Assembly (NCBI RefSeq): GCF_000737315.1
Contig: NZ_JMCB01000006.1
Location: 20,001-268,000 of the forward strand
Direction of reading: 5' to 3'
From: Hyalangium minutum
GTDB taxonomy: Bacteria; Myxococcota; Myxococcia; Myxococcales; Myxococcaceae
Length of the DNA: 248,000 bases
A program made the translations under genes and the position numbers. A model generated the notes under the pieces. It ran no database searches and was not told where the DNA came from. It saw nothing but the letters and a program-made list of their open reading frames with translations. Shown here piece by piece: positions 152,401 through 162,187 of the stretch; position 1 is the stretch's first letter; every line of letters begins with the position of its first letter.

Positions 152401-152743
152401 CGGCGTGGAGTCCTTCAAGGAGGTCGCCAAGGCCTGGGGACAGAACCTCACCGAGGGCGGCAAGGAGATCCTCGGCGCGCTCAAGGATCTGGGCGGCGCG
152501 GGCGTGAACGCGCTGCAGGACCTCGCCAAGGCGGGCGGGCAGCTGGCTGAGGCCGCCGTGGGCTACTTGGGCGACCTGGCGAAGATGGGCGTGGACGCCG
152601 CGAAGGGCGCGCTCGAGGGCCTGGCGAACTTCGGCGGCGAGGTCGGCCGGCTGGCCAGCGGCGCGTTCGATGCGGTGAAGAACGCCACCAACGGCGAGAT
152701 GAGCGTCTTCGGCCACAAGGTGGACGTGAACCCGTTCTGGTGA
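149495..152743 (+). CDS. 1082-aa Ala/Lys-rich helical repeat protein with central Gly-rich hydrophobic segment
   Basis: Very strong codon bias; EAARRAAE repeats; NPGEAA-type repeats. Confidence 0.75.
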   Translation: MARPIESGSADVAAREAARRAAEEAARRAAEEAARRAAEEAARRAAEAKNNQVTNKATTPEKPVATRDEFAATSTPQAKGPDLEGGKPTESKLPEKPEDLPKLFPELKDKPKEVLQKTYDSMKKLTEGDFSEKATALGELSKTFPDTTKNVLTKLGIQDNKLAKLATNSDALSALGKLTSKDSSTADKASAALELANAAGDIFKPEDLKGVLNHALNGLPAGAKLAEAIGAFTDPNKSALDKTKASLELASALKDFAGKSFPQVENTLRKLDGTFRAANAAVKLLDPEASAKDKALAAAQLAAELPDLKKDLTEFKNLLKQNGVKGADAAVDEGARLADAVVKGLDPAVAQKLTPDQLKGLQDVAAKVGPENLEGVLKGIQDPKALEALTGQLDKLDADSGKRLLKTLGGMEHGNLAKVLTDPKTAEQLGTLATKLDDEAAELVGKLAKDMDVDGLKTLMKFTDGVSGDVLKTGLKGLKPLLEEGGGKLVGKGLKLLDDMLGKMGVKVTGEVAGKVFKNLAKAIPLAGAVPGLIDAGKYAKEAMDLRDKNKDLGFFALVGANLNAADAVVGTALDFTGVGAAVDLGAGAAFGVAELALDLAFDAEKKKMEADPQNYQAPDWMKAVNLGAAAAMGPAGMTQLAAYYGPEGAAELTQWGIEKGAKGAVKLAEFAGVSAANATGDGMKLTAGFIHGLADVIRNPSKYGEAVATKARDAFNAAMEKGGEIAAEAKKVLGNVIDEAKQLGEKGLDTLKFIAQNPGEAAKMALDGVKSMVDKGMELAQQGKEALLKKATETLDALKTGWENLKGAAKEKAAELINGAKEGIQSALNKAKELGEKGLETLKWAATHPGEVGEMAKKAFTDLMAKGGEVAKKAWDGLKSLGAKGLEVAEAAVKGLKDAGGKAVETLKYIAENPGEAAAKVRDWAGQTLSDMARKGGEMAKEAATAIKDFVDRRVDWAKQFATDLLKDGVESFKEVAKAWGQNLTEGGKEILGALKDLGGAGVNALQDLAKAGGQLAEAAVGYLGDLAKMGVDAAKGALEGLANFGGEVGRLASGAFDAVKNATNGEMSVFGHKVDVNPFW
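149540..149635. repeat. 24-bp tandem repeat (4 copies) encoding EAARRAAE
   Basis: Visible directly; in frame. Confidence 0.85.
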
Positions 152744-152778
152744 TGCCGCGCCCCAGGGGGCGGCCTGGAGACGGCGGG

Positions 152779-153624
152779 CTAGATGCGCGCGAGCTTGTCC
152801 GGGTTGAGGATCGCCCGGATGCCGTGGATGCGCTCCCCGTCCGTCTCCAGCGAGATGACGTCGAAGACGGTCCCGTTCAGCCGCACCACCAATGAGGGCC
152901 AGCCGTTCACCTCGAGGACCTCCGCCCCGAACCCGAACTTCGCCTTCTTCACGATGCCGATGTACAGGCGCGCCACCGCATCCGCCCCATGGACAGGCCG
153001 CGTGGAGGCCCCGAAGGCCTTGCCTCCACCGTCCGACCAGGCCGTCACGTCATCGGAGAGCATGCGCTTGAGGCCTTCCAGATCCCCGCTGACGCACGCC
153101 GAGAGGAACCCGGTCACCAGCCGCTCATGGGCCTGCTTGGAGGGCGCGAACCGGGGCCGCCGCGCTTGGAGGTGCTCGCGGGCCCGGTGCAGCAACTGAC
153201 GGCACGCGGCCTCCTCCTTGCCCACCATCTGGGAGACCTCGGCGTGGCTGTAGCCGAACACCTCGTGCAGCAGGTACACGGCGCGCTCCACCGGCGTGAG
153301 GCTCTCGAGCAACACCAGGAACGCGACGGAGATCGTCTCGGGATCCACTGCAGAGTCCGTGCGCACGGGCTCGGGAAGCCACGGCCCCACGTAGACCTCC
153401 CGGTTGGCCCTCGCGCTCTTGAGGTGATCCAGGCACAGCCGCGTCACCACCGTGGCGAGGAACGCCCGGCCCGAGCGCACCGCGTCCCGCGGTGCTGACT
153501 GCCAGCGCAGCCAGGCCTCCTGGACGATGTCCTCTGCCTCGGCCGCCGAGCCGAGCATCCGGTAGGCGATGGCCACCAGCATGGGCCTGTGGGTCTCGAA
153601 GACCGCCATGAGCTCTCCCGTCAT
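152779..153624 (-). CDS. ECF sigma factor with SnoaL-like tail (ECF41/SigJ-like)
   Basis: AYRMLGSAAEAEDIVQE, YVGPWLPEP, DGGGK, NPDKL. Confidence 0.9.
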   Translation of the reverse strand: MTGELMAVFETHRPMLVAIAYRMLGSAAEAEDIVQEAWLRWQSAPRDAVRSGRAFLATVVTRLCLDHLKSARANREVYVGPWLPEPVRTDSAVDPETISVAFLVLLESLTPVERAVYLLHEVFGYSHAEVSQMVGKEEAACRQLLHRAREHLQARRPRFAPSKQAHERLVTGFLSACVSGDLEGLKRMLSDDVTAWSDGGGKAFGASTRPVHGADAVARLYIGIVKKAKFGFGAEVLEVNGWPSLVVRLNGTVFDVISLETDGERIHGIRAILNPDKLARI

Positions 153625-154790
153625 GCCGCCAGTGTGCTCCGGCCCGGGACTTCGAGCGAGCGCGTTCGCCCCGTCTTGACCCACAGGGTCCGCACCCAGC
153701 GCCTGCGCTCGCCCAGGAGCGTCCACACAGTGAAGCGGACGATGAACTCCTTCACCCAGGCCGCCGTGCGGCCCTTGAGGACCCAGTGCGCGGGCGAGCC
153801 ATCCCGGCCCATCGGTTGGATCAGACCGTCCTTCCGGCCGAGGCTGATGCACACCCCCGCATCCATATAGTCGAAGGGCAGCTCCGGCAGGCCGCGAGCA
153901 AGCCGTGCGAGGTTCTCTCCGACGTGGGCGCCCATCGGCAGCGCGGTCTTGCAGCCCATCCCTGTGGGAGCGAGCGGCTCGACCACGCAGGCCGCATCCC
154001 CGACGACGCAGACGTTCTCGTGCCCGAGCGCCCGGAGGTACGGATCCACCAGCACCTGCCCCCGCGTGTTCACAGGCAGCCCGGACTCGCGCACCACGGA
154101 CGGCACCACGAAGCCCCCGACCCAGACACAGGCATCGAACGGCACAAACCTGTCTGACAACTCGACCGCTCCGGCCTGGACGCGCCGCACCTCCCCCTGC
154201 TGCACGGAGATCCCGAGCCGGCGCAGCACCGCGTTCAGATGCGAGCGCCCCGCCTCCGAGAGGTTCTCCCCCAGAGGACTCGAGGACAGCAGGGTCACCT
154301 GGAGCCCCGGATAGGACTCCGCCATCTCCGTGGCGCTCTCGATGCCAGTGAGCCCGCCTCCAATGACGACCACGCGCCCCTTGCGCGCGGCGATGGAAGG
154401 GAGCTGCTTGGCCAGCTCCGCCGAGGAGCCAGCATCGATCGTCCACGCGTGCTCCCGGACACCTGGCACCCGGTCCCGATCCACCTGAGAGCCCAGCGCC
154501 ACCACCAGACGATCGAAGGGCACCTGCTCTCCCTCCACCGTGACTTCACCGCGAGGATCCACCCGGGTGACCCAGCCGCGCTTCAGCACAACGCCCGTGC
154601 CCTTCAGCATCGAGGCGAGCTCCCGCACCACCAGGGACTGGCCCGCCGCCTGCTGGTGAAGCCGGATGCGCTCCACGAAATGATCGCTCGCGCTCACAAG
154701 CGTGATGTCCGCCTGCCCACGGGCCTGCCACGCAAGCCGCAGCGCGCACACAACACCTGCATACCCACCACCGAGAATGACGACGCGCAT
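153621..154790 (-). CDS. FAD-dependent oxidoreductase (NDH-2-like)
   Basis: GGGYAG, GGGLTGIE, GD. Confidence 0.85.
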   Translation of the reverse strand: MRVVILGGGYAGVVCALRLAWQARGQADITLVSASDHFVERIRLHQQAAGQSLVVRELASMLKGTGVVLKRGWVTRVDPRGEVTVEGEQVPFDRLVVALGSQVDRDRVPGVREHAWTIDAGSSAELAKQLPSIAARKGRVVVIGGGLTGIESATEMAESYPGLQVTLLSSSPLGENLSEAGRSHLNAVLRRLGISVQQGEVRRVQAGAVELSDRFVPFDACVWVGGFVVPSVVRESGLPVNTRGQVLVDPYLRALGHENVCVVGDAACVVEPLAPTGMGCKTALPMGAHVGENLARLARGLPELPFDYMDAGVCISLGRKDGLIQPMGRDGSPAHWVLKGRTAAWVKEFIVRFTVWTLLGERRRWVRTLWVKTGRTRSLEVPGRSTLAA

Positions 154791-154889
154791 GGTTCCGCTC
154801 CTTTTTCGCCAGGGAGACGACCTGGGAAATTCGGGCGTGACACTGCGCGACGAATCGCTGAATCCCCTGTGAATCCGGGACCTTACAAC

Positions 154890-157800
154890 TCAAGCCGCCT
154901 GGCCGGTGAGCCCCGCGTGCGCGCGCTTCACGCCCTCGCGTATCAGCTCGCGCAACCGCTCCGGGTCGAAGGGCTTCTCCACCCGGGGGTTGCTCACCTG
155001 CTCCAGGAACTCCTTAGCCGCGGGGGTGTAGGCCCCCCCGGTGATGAACACCATGCGCCGGGCCTGCTCCGGCGCGGCCCGCACGAGCTGGGCGTACAGC
155101 TCCATGCCCGTCATCTCCGGCATCATGAGATCGCAGAGGATGACGTCGTAGTGGGCCTTGGGCGAGCACAGCATCTCCAGCGCTCGCCGCGCGCTCACCA
155201 CCACCTCCACCTCGTGGTCCTTCGCGAGCGTCCGCCGCAGCGCAGCGCTCACCAGCGGATCATCGTCCACCACCAGCACTTGGCCCCGCTCCACGGTGCC
155301 CGCCTGCACCGGAGCGCTGCGCTGCACCCGATCGAGCTGGCTGCTCGACCGGGGCAACGCCACCCGGAACACGGTGCCCTTGCCCACCTGGCTCTCCACC
155401 TCGATGCGCCCGCCCATCGACGTGACGAACGCATGGCACAGCGCCAGTCCCAGCCCCGTGCCCACGCCCACCGGCTTGGTGGTGAAGAACGGATCGAAGA
155501 TGCGCCCGAGCACCTCCGGCGGGATGCCGCAGCCCGTGTCCCGCACCTCCGCCACCACCTCGCCCTGGGCCCCGTGCTTGAGAACGAGCCGGACCTCGTG
155601 CTGCTCGGGCCTGCCCTCGGGCAGCGCCTGGGCTGCGTTGATGATGAGGTTGAGGAACACCTGCGACAGCCGCGCCTCGTTGCCCTCCACGGGCGGCACC
155701 TCCGCCGCGTACTCGCGCGTGAGCTGGGCCCTGGGGCGCAGCTCCCCTGCCGCCATCTTCGCCGCCGAGTCCATCACCGCCCGCAGGTCCACCGGCCCCC
155801 GCGCGTCATCGTCCTGGCGCGAGAACGTCTTCAAGTCCCTCACGATGCGCCGCACCCGATCCGCGCCCATGAGCGCCTCGCGCAGCACCTGGTGCATGTC
155901 GCGCAGGCGCTCGCGCAGCGGCTCGGAGGACTCCGCCAACTGCGCCAGCGTCTCCGTCTCCTCGCAGGAGTGCTCCAGGTTGGACACGATGTACGAGAGC
156001 GGGTTGTTGATCTCGTGCCCCACGCCCGCGGCCAGTGTTCCCACCGCCGCCATCTTCCCAGCCTGCACCAGCTGGACCTGCGTGGCGCGCAGCGTGCGCA
156101 GGTTGGCATCCAGCTCCTCGTTGGCGCGCGCCAGCTCCTGGGTGCGCTCCTCCACGCGAGCCTGCAGCCAGCGCTCGCGCCGCTTGAGCCGGCCCACGCG
156201 CCACGCGTAGATGCCTGCCGCCATCCCACCCGCCCCCAGCGCGCACAGCCCGTAGAACCACGCCGACTGGTAGAACCAGGCGCGCAGCACCACCTCCAGC
156301 ACGGCCCCGGGCGCCACCCAGTTGCCCGTGCGGTCCATCGCCTGCACGCGGAAGGTGTAGCGGCCCGGCGGCAGCCGCGTGTACGTGGCCACGCGCCGGC
156401 CCTCGGCCTCCACCCACGCGCGGTCGTGCCCCTCCAGCATGTACCGGAACTGCACCCGGGGAGCCCCCTCCTTCACGAAGGCGGTGAAGCGGATGTCCAC
156501 GTCCTGCTGCTCCGGCTCCAGCTCCAGCAGGCCACTCAGCGGCACCGGCTGGCCCTGCACCCGCACCTCCTCGATGCGCGGGTGCGGCGGCGAGTGCCGG
156601 AGCCGGACATCCTTCGTGTTCACCATCATCGCGCCCCGCAGGTTGGCGAACCACATCCGGCCATCCCGCGTCTCCCACCCGGAAGGCAGGCCCGCGTTGC
156701 ACTCGCCCGCGCGCATCCCGTCCCGCTCATCGAAGAGGACGCCGCTCACGCGCGGGAGCTTGCCGTCCGCCACCGCCTCCAGCTCGTGCCGGCTCACCCG
156801 CGAGACGCCCTTGTTGCTGCTCATCCAGAAGAAGCCCTCGGCATCCAGCAGCAGGTTGAAGATCGTCTCATCCGGCAGCCCCTGCGCGGCGGTGACCGAG
156901 GCGAAGCGCCCGTCCTTCCAGCGCGACAGGCCCGTGGAGGTCCCCACCCACAGCGTGCCGTGCGCGTCCACGAAGAGGCTCATGATCACATTCCCCGCCA
157001 GTCCCTCCTGGGTGGTGAAGCGGGTGAGCGTGCCGCGGTCGAACCGGACCAGGCCCTTCTTCGTGCCGTACCAGAGCACCCCTGACTCCTCGCGCACCAA
157101 GGCCGTGGCGGCGTCCGCGGGAGTCCCCTTCTCTGGCGGGTACAGCGTCACCCGCCCATTGCTCAGCCAGGCCAGTCCCTCCGAGGTGGAGAACCACATA
157201 TCTCCGTCCGGCTCGGGCACCATGGCGAAGATGACGGCTCCTGGCGGCATCCCCGACTCGGTCCCCAGCGGGACGAAGCGGCCCCCCTGCTGGTAATAGG
157301 CGCCGGAGGACGTCCCCACCCAGAGCGCCCCGTCCGAGCCCAGCGCGAGCGTGCGGATGCGGTCCTCCAACAAGCCCTCCTCCGCTCCCACCCGGCGGAT
157401 GACGCCGTCCTTCATGCGCTCCAGGCCCTGGGAATTCGAGGCCATCCACAGCGTGCCGTCGGGTGTCTCCAGCACCATCCGGACGTTCTCGAGAACCGAA
157501 CCCTCGGGCGCCCCGATGGGAATGAACGGGCCATTGCTCAGCCGATGCAAGCCATCCGTCCCGGTGCCGATCCACAGGTGCCCGTCGCGGTCCTCGAGCA
157601 GGCTGGCCACGAGCGCATGGGCGAGCTCCTTGGACGCGGTGACGGCGCTGAACGTCTCACCCGTGCGCCGCAGCAAACCCTGGTAGGTGCCGATCCACAG
157701 GTTGCCATCCCGGTCTTCGCGCAGCTCGCCCACCGCCACGTTCGGCATGCCCTGCTCCGGGCCGTACCGGGTGAACTGGCCCTCGCGCAGGGCGAGCAGC

Positions 157801-158546
157801 CCCTGGTTGGTGCCAATCCACAGCGTGCCCTCGCGCGACAGCCACAGGCTGAGCACGTAGAGCGGCTTGATGGGAGACTCCCCCGGCGGCAGGAAGAGCA
157901 TGTCCACCGAGTCGTCGGTGATCCGCGCCAGCCCCTGGCCCGCTCCCACCCACGCGCCGCCCGAGCCATCCACGACGATGGGGCCCGTGCCTTTGACAGG
158001 CAGCCCCTCGTCCACCGAGTACCGCCGCCATGCCCTCTGCCCCGAGCTCGGCGCCCGCATCACCCCCAGCGGCGAGCTGATCCACACATCCTGGCCGTCC
158101 GCCGCCAGCCCGACGATGGGGACGTTGGCCAGCGCGGCGGCCTCGGGGGGGCGGCGCAGCTGTCCTCTCTCGTAGCGGAACAGTCCCTGGCTGGTGCCCA
158201 CCCACAGCACCGCCGCGTCGTCCTCGACCAGTGCGTGGATTTCGCGCTGCCCCATCTCCGGCGAGGTGCGCTGATCAAAGGTGGTGAAGCGCGTGCCGTC
158301 GAAGCGCGCCAGGCCCTCGTAGGTGCCGAACCACAGGTAGCCGTCGGCTGTCTGCTCAGCGCAGAGGACGGAGTTCTGCGGCAGGCCGTTCTCGCTGCGC
158401 CAGCTCTCGTGGTTGTACTGGGAGAGGCTCCGGCCCGGTTCGAGTGCGAAGCTGGGTGTACCGAGACCCAGCGCGAGGACGAACCACAGCCCGAGAAGCC
158501 TTCTCCCACCCCGCCGCCCCTGTCTCCTTGTTCCCATGGCGAGCAT
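154890..158546 (-). CDS. Two-component-propeller hybrid histidine kinase
   Basis: Repeated D.DG.LWIGT, Y_Y_Y domain, GHEINNP, C-terminal REC. Confidence 0.9.
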   Translation of the reverse strand: MLAMGTRRQGRRGGRRLLGLWFVLALGLGTPSFALEPGRSLSQYNHESWRSENGLPQNSVLCAEQTADGYLWFGTYEGLARFDGTRFTTFDQRTSPEMGQREIHALVEDDAAVLWVGTSQGLFRYERGQLRRPPEAAALANVPIVGLAADGQDVWISSPLGVMRAPSSGQRAWRRYSVDEGLPVKGTGPIVVDGSGGAWVGAGQGLARITDDSVDMLFLPPGESPIKPLYVLSLWLSREGTLWIGTNQGLLALREGQFTRYGPEQGMPNVAVGELREDRDGNLWIGTYQGLLRRTGETFSAVTASKELAHALVASLLEDRDGHLWIGTGTDGLHRLSNGPFIPIGAPEGSVLENVRMVLETPDGTLWMASNSQGLERMKDGVIRRVGAEEGLLEDRIRTLALGSDGALWVGTSSGAYYQQGGRFVPLGTESGMPPGAVIFAMVPEPDGDMWFSTSEGLAWLSNGRVTLYPPEKGTPADAATALVREESGVLWYGTKKGLVRFDRGTLTRFTTQEGLAGNVIMSLFVDAHGTLWVGTSTGLSRWKDGRFASVTAAQGLPDETIFNLLLDAEGFFWMSSNKGVSRVSRHELEAVADGKLPRVSGVLFDERDGMRAGECNAGLPSGWETRDGRMWFANLRGAMMVNTKDVRLRHSPPHPRIEEVRVQGQPVPLSGLLELEPEQQDVDIRFTAFVKEGAPRVQFRYMLEGHDRAWVEAEGRRVATYTRLPPGRYTFRVQAMDRTGNWVAPGAVLEVVLRAWFYQSAWFYGLCALGAGGMAAGIYAWRVGRLKRRERWLQARVEERTQELARANEELDANLRTLRATQVQLVQAGKMAAVGTLAAGVGHEINNPLSYIVSNLEHSCEETETLAQLAESSEPLRERLRDMHQVLREALMGADRVRRIVRDLKTFSRQDDDARGPVDLRAVMDSAAKMAAGELRPRAQLTREYAAEVPPVEGNEARLSQVFLNLIINAAQALPEGRPEQHEVRLVLKHGAQGEVVAEVRDTGCGIPPEVLGRIFDPFFTTKPVGVGTGLGLALCHAFVTSMGGRIEVESQVGKGTVFRVALPRSSSQLDRVQRSAPVQAGTVERGQVLVVDDDPLVSAALRRTLAKDHEVEVVVSARRALEMLCSPKAHYDVILCDLMMPEMTGMELYAQLVRAAPEQARRMVFITGGAYTPAAKEFLEQVSNPRVEKPFDPERLRELIREGVKRAHAGLTGQAA

Positions 158547-158700
158547 AGTGTCCAGCACAGAGGGCCCTCTCCGCAAAATAGGGGACAGGACAGCCCCCCT
158601 TGCCCCCCTATTCCCCGAGGCAGCGACGCTCTTCCCCCGGGGGGCCGCTGTGCGGACATGGGACCCCAGCGCTACAATCGCCCTCCGCCGAGGAGCCCCC

Positions 158701-159291
158701 ATGAGCCAAGCCGCCATCCTGTTGCAGGACCCCGCTCCCCCGAGCGTCCCCGAGGCGATCTCGAAGGGCCGCAGCACCCTCATCGGGTTCTCCACGCCGC
158801 GCCACTTCAACCCCGTCTCGTGGGTCGTCCGCCGCTTCACCAAGAGCGAGGCCAGCCACTGCTTCTTCCTCTACTGGGACGACGACTTCGAGTGCGACAT
158901 GGTGCTCGAGTCCCATGAGCTGGGCTTCCGGCTCATCACCTGGAAGCGCTTCGTGAAGAAGAACCGCATCATCGCGCTCGTGGAGCCGGCCCATCCGCTC
159001 GACAAGGGCTTCCTGCGGCTGGGCGAGTGGGTGGGCAGCGTGTACGACTTCGGCGGGCTGATCGGCCAGTCCGTGGTGCAGTTCGGACGCTTCCTGCAGC
159101 GCAAGTGGCGCAACCCGTTCCGGTCCTCGCGGGCCATGTTCTGCAGCGAGTCCATTGCTCGCTGCATGCAGTGGGCCGAGCACCCGGATGCCAAGAAGTT
159201 CTCTCCCAAGGAGACAGCGCCGCAGGACCTGCTCGTGTTCTACCGGGAGCCGGGCCGAGCGGTGCTCCTCGACATCCAGAAGTGGAAGTGA
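158701..159291 (+). CDS. Permuted papain-like (YiiX/YebB-type NlpC/P60) protein
   Basis: SHC, YDF, FCSE with His before Cys. Confidence 0.6.
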   Translation: MSQAAILLQDPAPPSVPEAISKGRSTLIGFSTPRHFNPVSWVVRRFTKSEASHCFFLYWDDDFECDMVLESHELGFRLITWKRFVKKNRIIALVEPAHPLDKGFLRLGEWVGSVYDFGGLIGQSVVQFGRFLQRKWRNPFRSSRAMFCSESIARCMQWAEHPDAKKFSPKETAPQDLLVFYREPGRAVLLDIQKWK

Positions 159292-159306
159292 GGTGTCTCG
159301 GCGGCT

Positions 159307-162084
159307 CTAGGGCTGCGGGACGATGACGAACGCCACACCCGGGAGGCTGAGGCCGGGCCCGGCGATGCGCAGGGTGCCTTCCACGCGCAGGATGTCCTGG
159401 GTGGACGGGTCCACCTGTTTGACGGTTCCGGTGATCTGCATGGCGTCGCCTACACCCGTGGGCGAGATGGGGATGGCGAAGGGCTGCATGCGCAGCGTGT
159501 CTCCATCCACGCGAGCCCAGACCTCCTGGCGCTGCTGAGCGCCGAAGCGCTGCGGGAGGATGCGCAGGGTGAGTCCTCCGGGCCTCGGCGCGTCGAGGGA
159601 CTCGAGCAGGAGGTCCACGGGCATTGTTCCCGAGGGCCCCGCCGGCACCTGAAGGGTCATCTTCATCGTCTTGCGCCACTGGCCTGAGGCGGGCTGGGCC
159701 ACAGTGAAGGAGGTGGAGCGCTCGCCCTCCAGCTCGCCTCCCGAGAGGAACGGCAAGCCTGGGCGTGCCCGGAAGGTGTAGCTCGCGCCGGGCGTGAGGG
159801 GCGCGGTGGGGACGAACTCGATGCGGCCTCCCTGGAGCTCCACGGTGCCGGGGACGTGCTGGCCCTGGGCGTCTTCGAGCACCACGTACTCAGCGGCCCA
159901 CTGCGCGGAGGTCTTCCCGGGCGTGCTGTCATCCACGGGCTCCGCGAAGGCCACGAACGGGCGGACGTCGGGGTACACACCTTGATTGCTGTCCGTGTCG
160001 GGCCAGATGCCGAGCGGTGCAGCACCCTTGGGCGTCAGCTCTCGGAGGAACTCGACGAGGTCCGCCCGCTCCTCGGAGGTGAGCGGCACCTGGACGTAGT
160101 CGAGCGCCACGTCCACCGCGTCCTCCAGCGTGCGGGCTTGTCCCTTCACGAAGTAGATACCGTGGCGGTAGGCGCCGAGCAGCGAGGGCACATCGGCGGG
160201 CTCGCCGGACTTGCCCTTCGGCAGGTAGGCCCGGCTGGTGTAGAGCGGCGGCACGTGGCAGCTGGCGCAGGTGGCCTTGTTCTCGAAGAGTGCCTTTCCG
160301 CGCAGGCCCGCTTCCGTGTAGCTGCCGTCGAGCCGGGTATGGCCCGTGGCCCTCGGGGCGCCGAGCAGCGACTCCAGGAAGGCCTCGAGCCCGAGCGCCT
160401 CCTGGGGCGTGACCGGTCTCGCGACGATGGACGAGGGCCCCTGGTAGCCGAAGTTGTCCGCGTTGGAGACGTAGGCTCCCCACTCGAGCGGAGTGGTGGC
160501 GGCCAGGAGCTGCAGCGGCCGGGCGTTGTGCCAGATGGACGGCCCGAAGCGCCAGATGAGCCCGTTGTTCTGCGTCTCGATGTGGCAGCTGGAGCAGGCG
160601 TGGTTCTGGGCGAAGCTGCCGCCTGGACGCGTGAAGACGCGCTCTCCGAGCGCCACGTCCGCCGGGCGGGGCTCCTCGGTGAGCTTCACGGTGGCACGCA
160701 CCTGGGCGTCCGCGCCGAGCACCCAGGCCTCGAAGGTCTGGAAGCAATGGACGGCCACGGTGCCCTGCGCATCGAGCGCCACGAGCTGCCGCGCGCCCGG
160801 CCCCACGGTGACGCGGGCCTTCTCAGCGAGCGTGGTCCGGTCGAGCGCCACCACGAGCTCGGAGGACTCGGCGGAGACCCACACGGTGTCCCCCACCACG
160901 AGCACACCCGCGGGGTTGACCACGTACCCGCCCGAGCCCGCCTGGCGCCACAGGTCCGCGCGCCGCAGGACCTGCCCGTAGCCAGGGCGCGCGGGATCGG
161001 CACCGACGACAACCACCTCGTGAACGAAGGGCTTGGCGTTGGCATCGGACTGGGAGGGCTCAGGGTCGCCATCGGTGGCGGCGATGAACAGCTCGGCGCC
161101 ATCGTCCGAGAGCGCGAGGGCGCGCAGATCGGCCGAGACGCCCTCCACCACGGTGTCCACCTTCAGCGTCTCGGTGTTGATGATGTGGACGTCCTGATCA
161201 TCCCCAGCCTTGTAGGTGCCGCGCGTGTCCTTGATGCGGTTGCCCGAGCGGTACGAGGCCACGAAGAGGCGCTTGCCCTCCGGAGACAGCACGAGGGCGC
161301 GCGGGTCGAAGCCGACGTCCACCCGGGCCACCACCTGGCGCTGCTCCAGGTCCACCACGGCCACCTGCCGCTGCGTGGCCAGGGACACGTAGAGGGTGCG
161401 GGCATCCGGAGAGAGCGCGAGGCCCGAGGGCTCGTCTCCGACCCAGAGCGCATCTTCCAGTACACCGCGCTCGCGGTGGATGAAGCCCACGGTGTCACTG
161501 CCTCGGTGGGCCACCAGGACGTAAGGCAGCGGGGCTCTCCACGCCAGGGCCGAGGGCCAGGCGCCCACGGTCACCTCGCCCACCTTGCTCCAGAGGCCAT
161601 TCACCTGGGAGATGCGCGACACCGTGTACGCAGCGCCGTTGGCGGTCCACAGCTCGTCGCCGACACGGGCGGCGCCGTACAGCGGGGTCAGGTAGTGGTT
161701 GCGGAAGCGCTCCGCCGGGGAGCGGGCGACGACGTGGAGCGAGAGCCGGGAGTTGTCCATCTCGCCCAAGCGGAAGGTGTAGTCGCCGGGGACGTCCGGA
161801 GTGAAGCGCGGCTGGGGACTGCCCTTCGAGTGGACGGTGTTGGCGCTGCCCTCCGGAGCCGAGAGGACCTGCCACTCGAGGGTGGAGGGGCACTCGTCTT
161901 TCTGGAGGACAGCGGGCAGGTAGAAGGTCTCGCCCAGGGTGTGTGAGCGGGGATTCTGGAGTGGGAGCGGAGCCTCGGCGCAGAGCGGCTCGGACTTCGG
162001 GGGCGCGTCGTCGTCGTCACAAGCTCCCAGGCTGAAGACGAGGGCCGCGGCGGCACAGAGCGGAATCACGATGCGGACTTTCAT
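159307..162084 (-). CDS. Lipoprotein: YVTN beta-propeller + di-heme cytochrome c + Ig-like
   Basis: Lipobox LGAC; VGDEPSGLA and VGFDPRAL; CSSCH and CASCH. Confidence 0.78.
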   Translation of the reverse strand: MKVRIVIPLCAAAALVFSLGACDDDDAPPKSEPLCAEAPLPLQNPRSHTLGETFYLPAVLQKDECPSTLEWQVLSAPEGSANTVHSKGSPQPRFTPDVPGDYTFRLGEMDNSRLSLHVVARSPAERFRNHYLTPLYGAARVGDELWTANGAAYTVSRISQVNGLWSKVGEVTVGAWPSALAWRAPLPYVLVAHRGSDTVGFIHRERGVLEDALWVGDEPSGLALSPDARTLYVSLATQRQVAVVDLEQRQVVARVDVGFDPRALVLSPEGKRLFVASYRSGNRIKDTRGTYKAGDDQDVHIINTETLKVDTVVEGVSADLRALALSDDGAELFIAATDGDPEPSQSDANAKPFVHEVVVVGADPARPGYGQVLRRADLWRQAGSGGYVVNPAGVLVVGDTVWVSAESSELVVALDRTTLAEKARVTVGPGARQLVALDAQGTVAVHCFQTFEAWVLGADAQVRATVKLTEEPRPADVALGERVFTRPGGSFAQNHACSSCHIETQNNGLIWRFGPSIWHNARPLQLLAATTPLEWGAYVSNADNFGYQGPSSIVARPVTPQEALGLEAFLESLLGAPRATGHTRLDGSYTEAGLRGKALFENKATCASCHVPPLYTSRAYLPKGKSGEPADVPSLLGAYRHGIYFVKGQARTLEDAVDVALDYVQVPLTSEERADLVEFLRELTPKGAAPLGIWPDTDSNQGVYPDVRPFVAFAEPVDDSTPGKTSAQWAAEYVVLEDAQGQHVPGTVELQGGRIEFVPTAPLTPGASYTFRARPGLPFLSGGELEGERSTSFTVAQPASGQWRKTMKMTLQVPAGPSGTMPVDLLLESLDAPRPGGLTLRILPQRFGAQQRQEVWARVDGDTLRMQPFAIPISPTGVGDAMQITGTVKQVDPSTQDILRVEGTLRIAGPGLSLPGVAFVIVPQP

Positions 162085-162187
162085 GGCGGCCCCTGCCATA
162101 AGAATCGGGCTCCGCCCCCGCCAACCTCCCGTTGCAGCCACAGTTGGCCTGAGGCCTCGCGTCCCATTATGAACAGGCCTCATGCAC

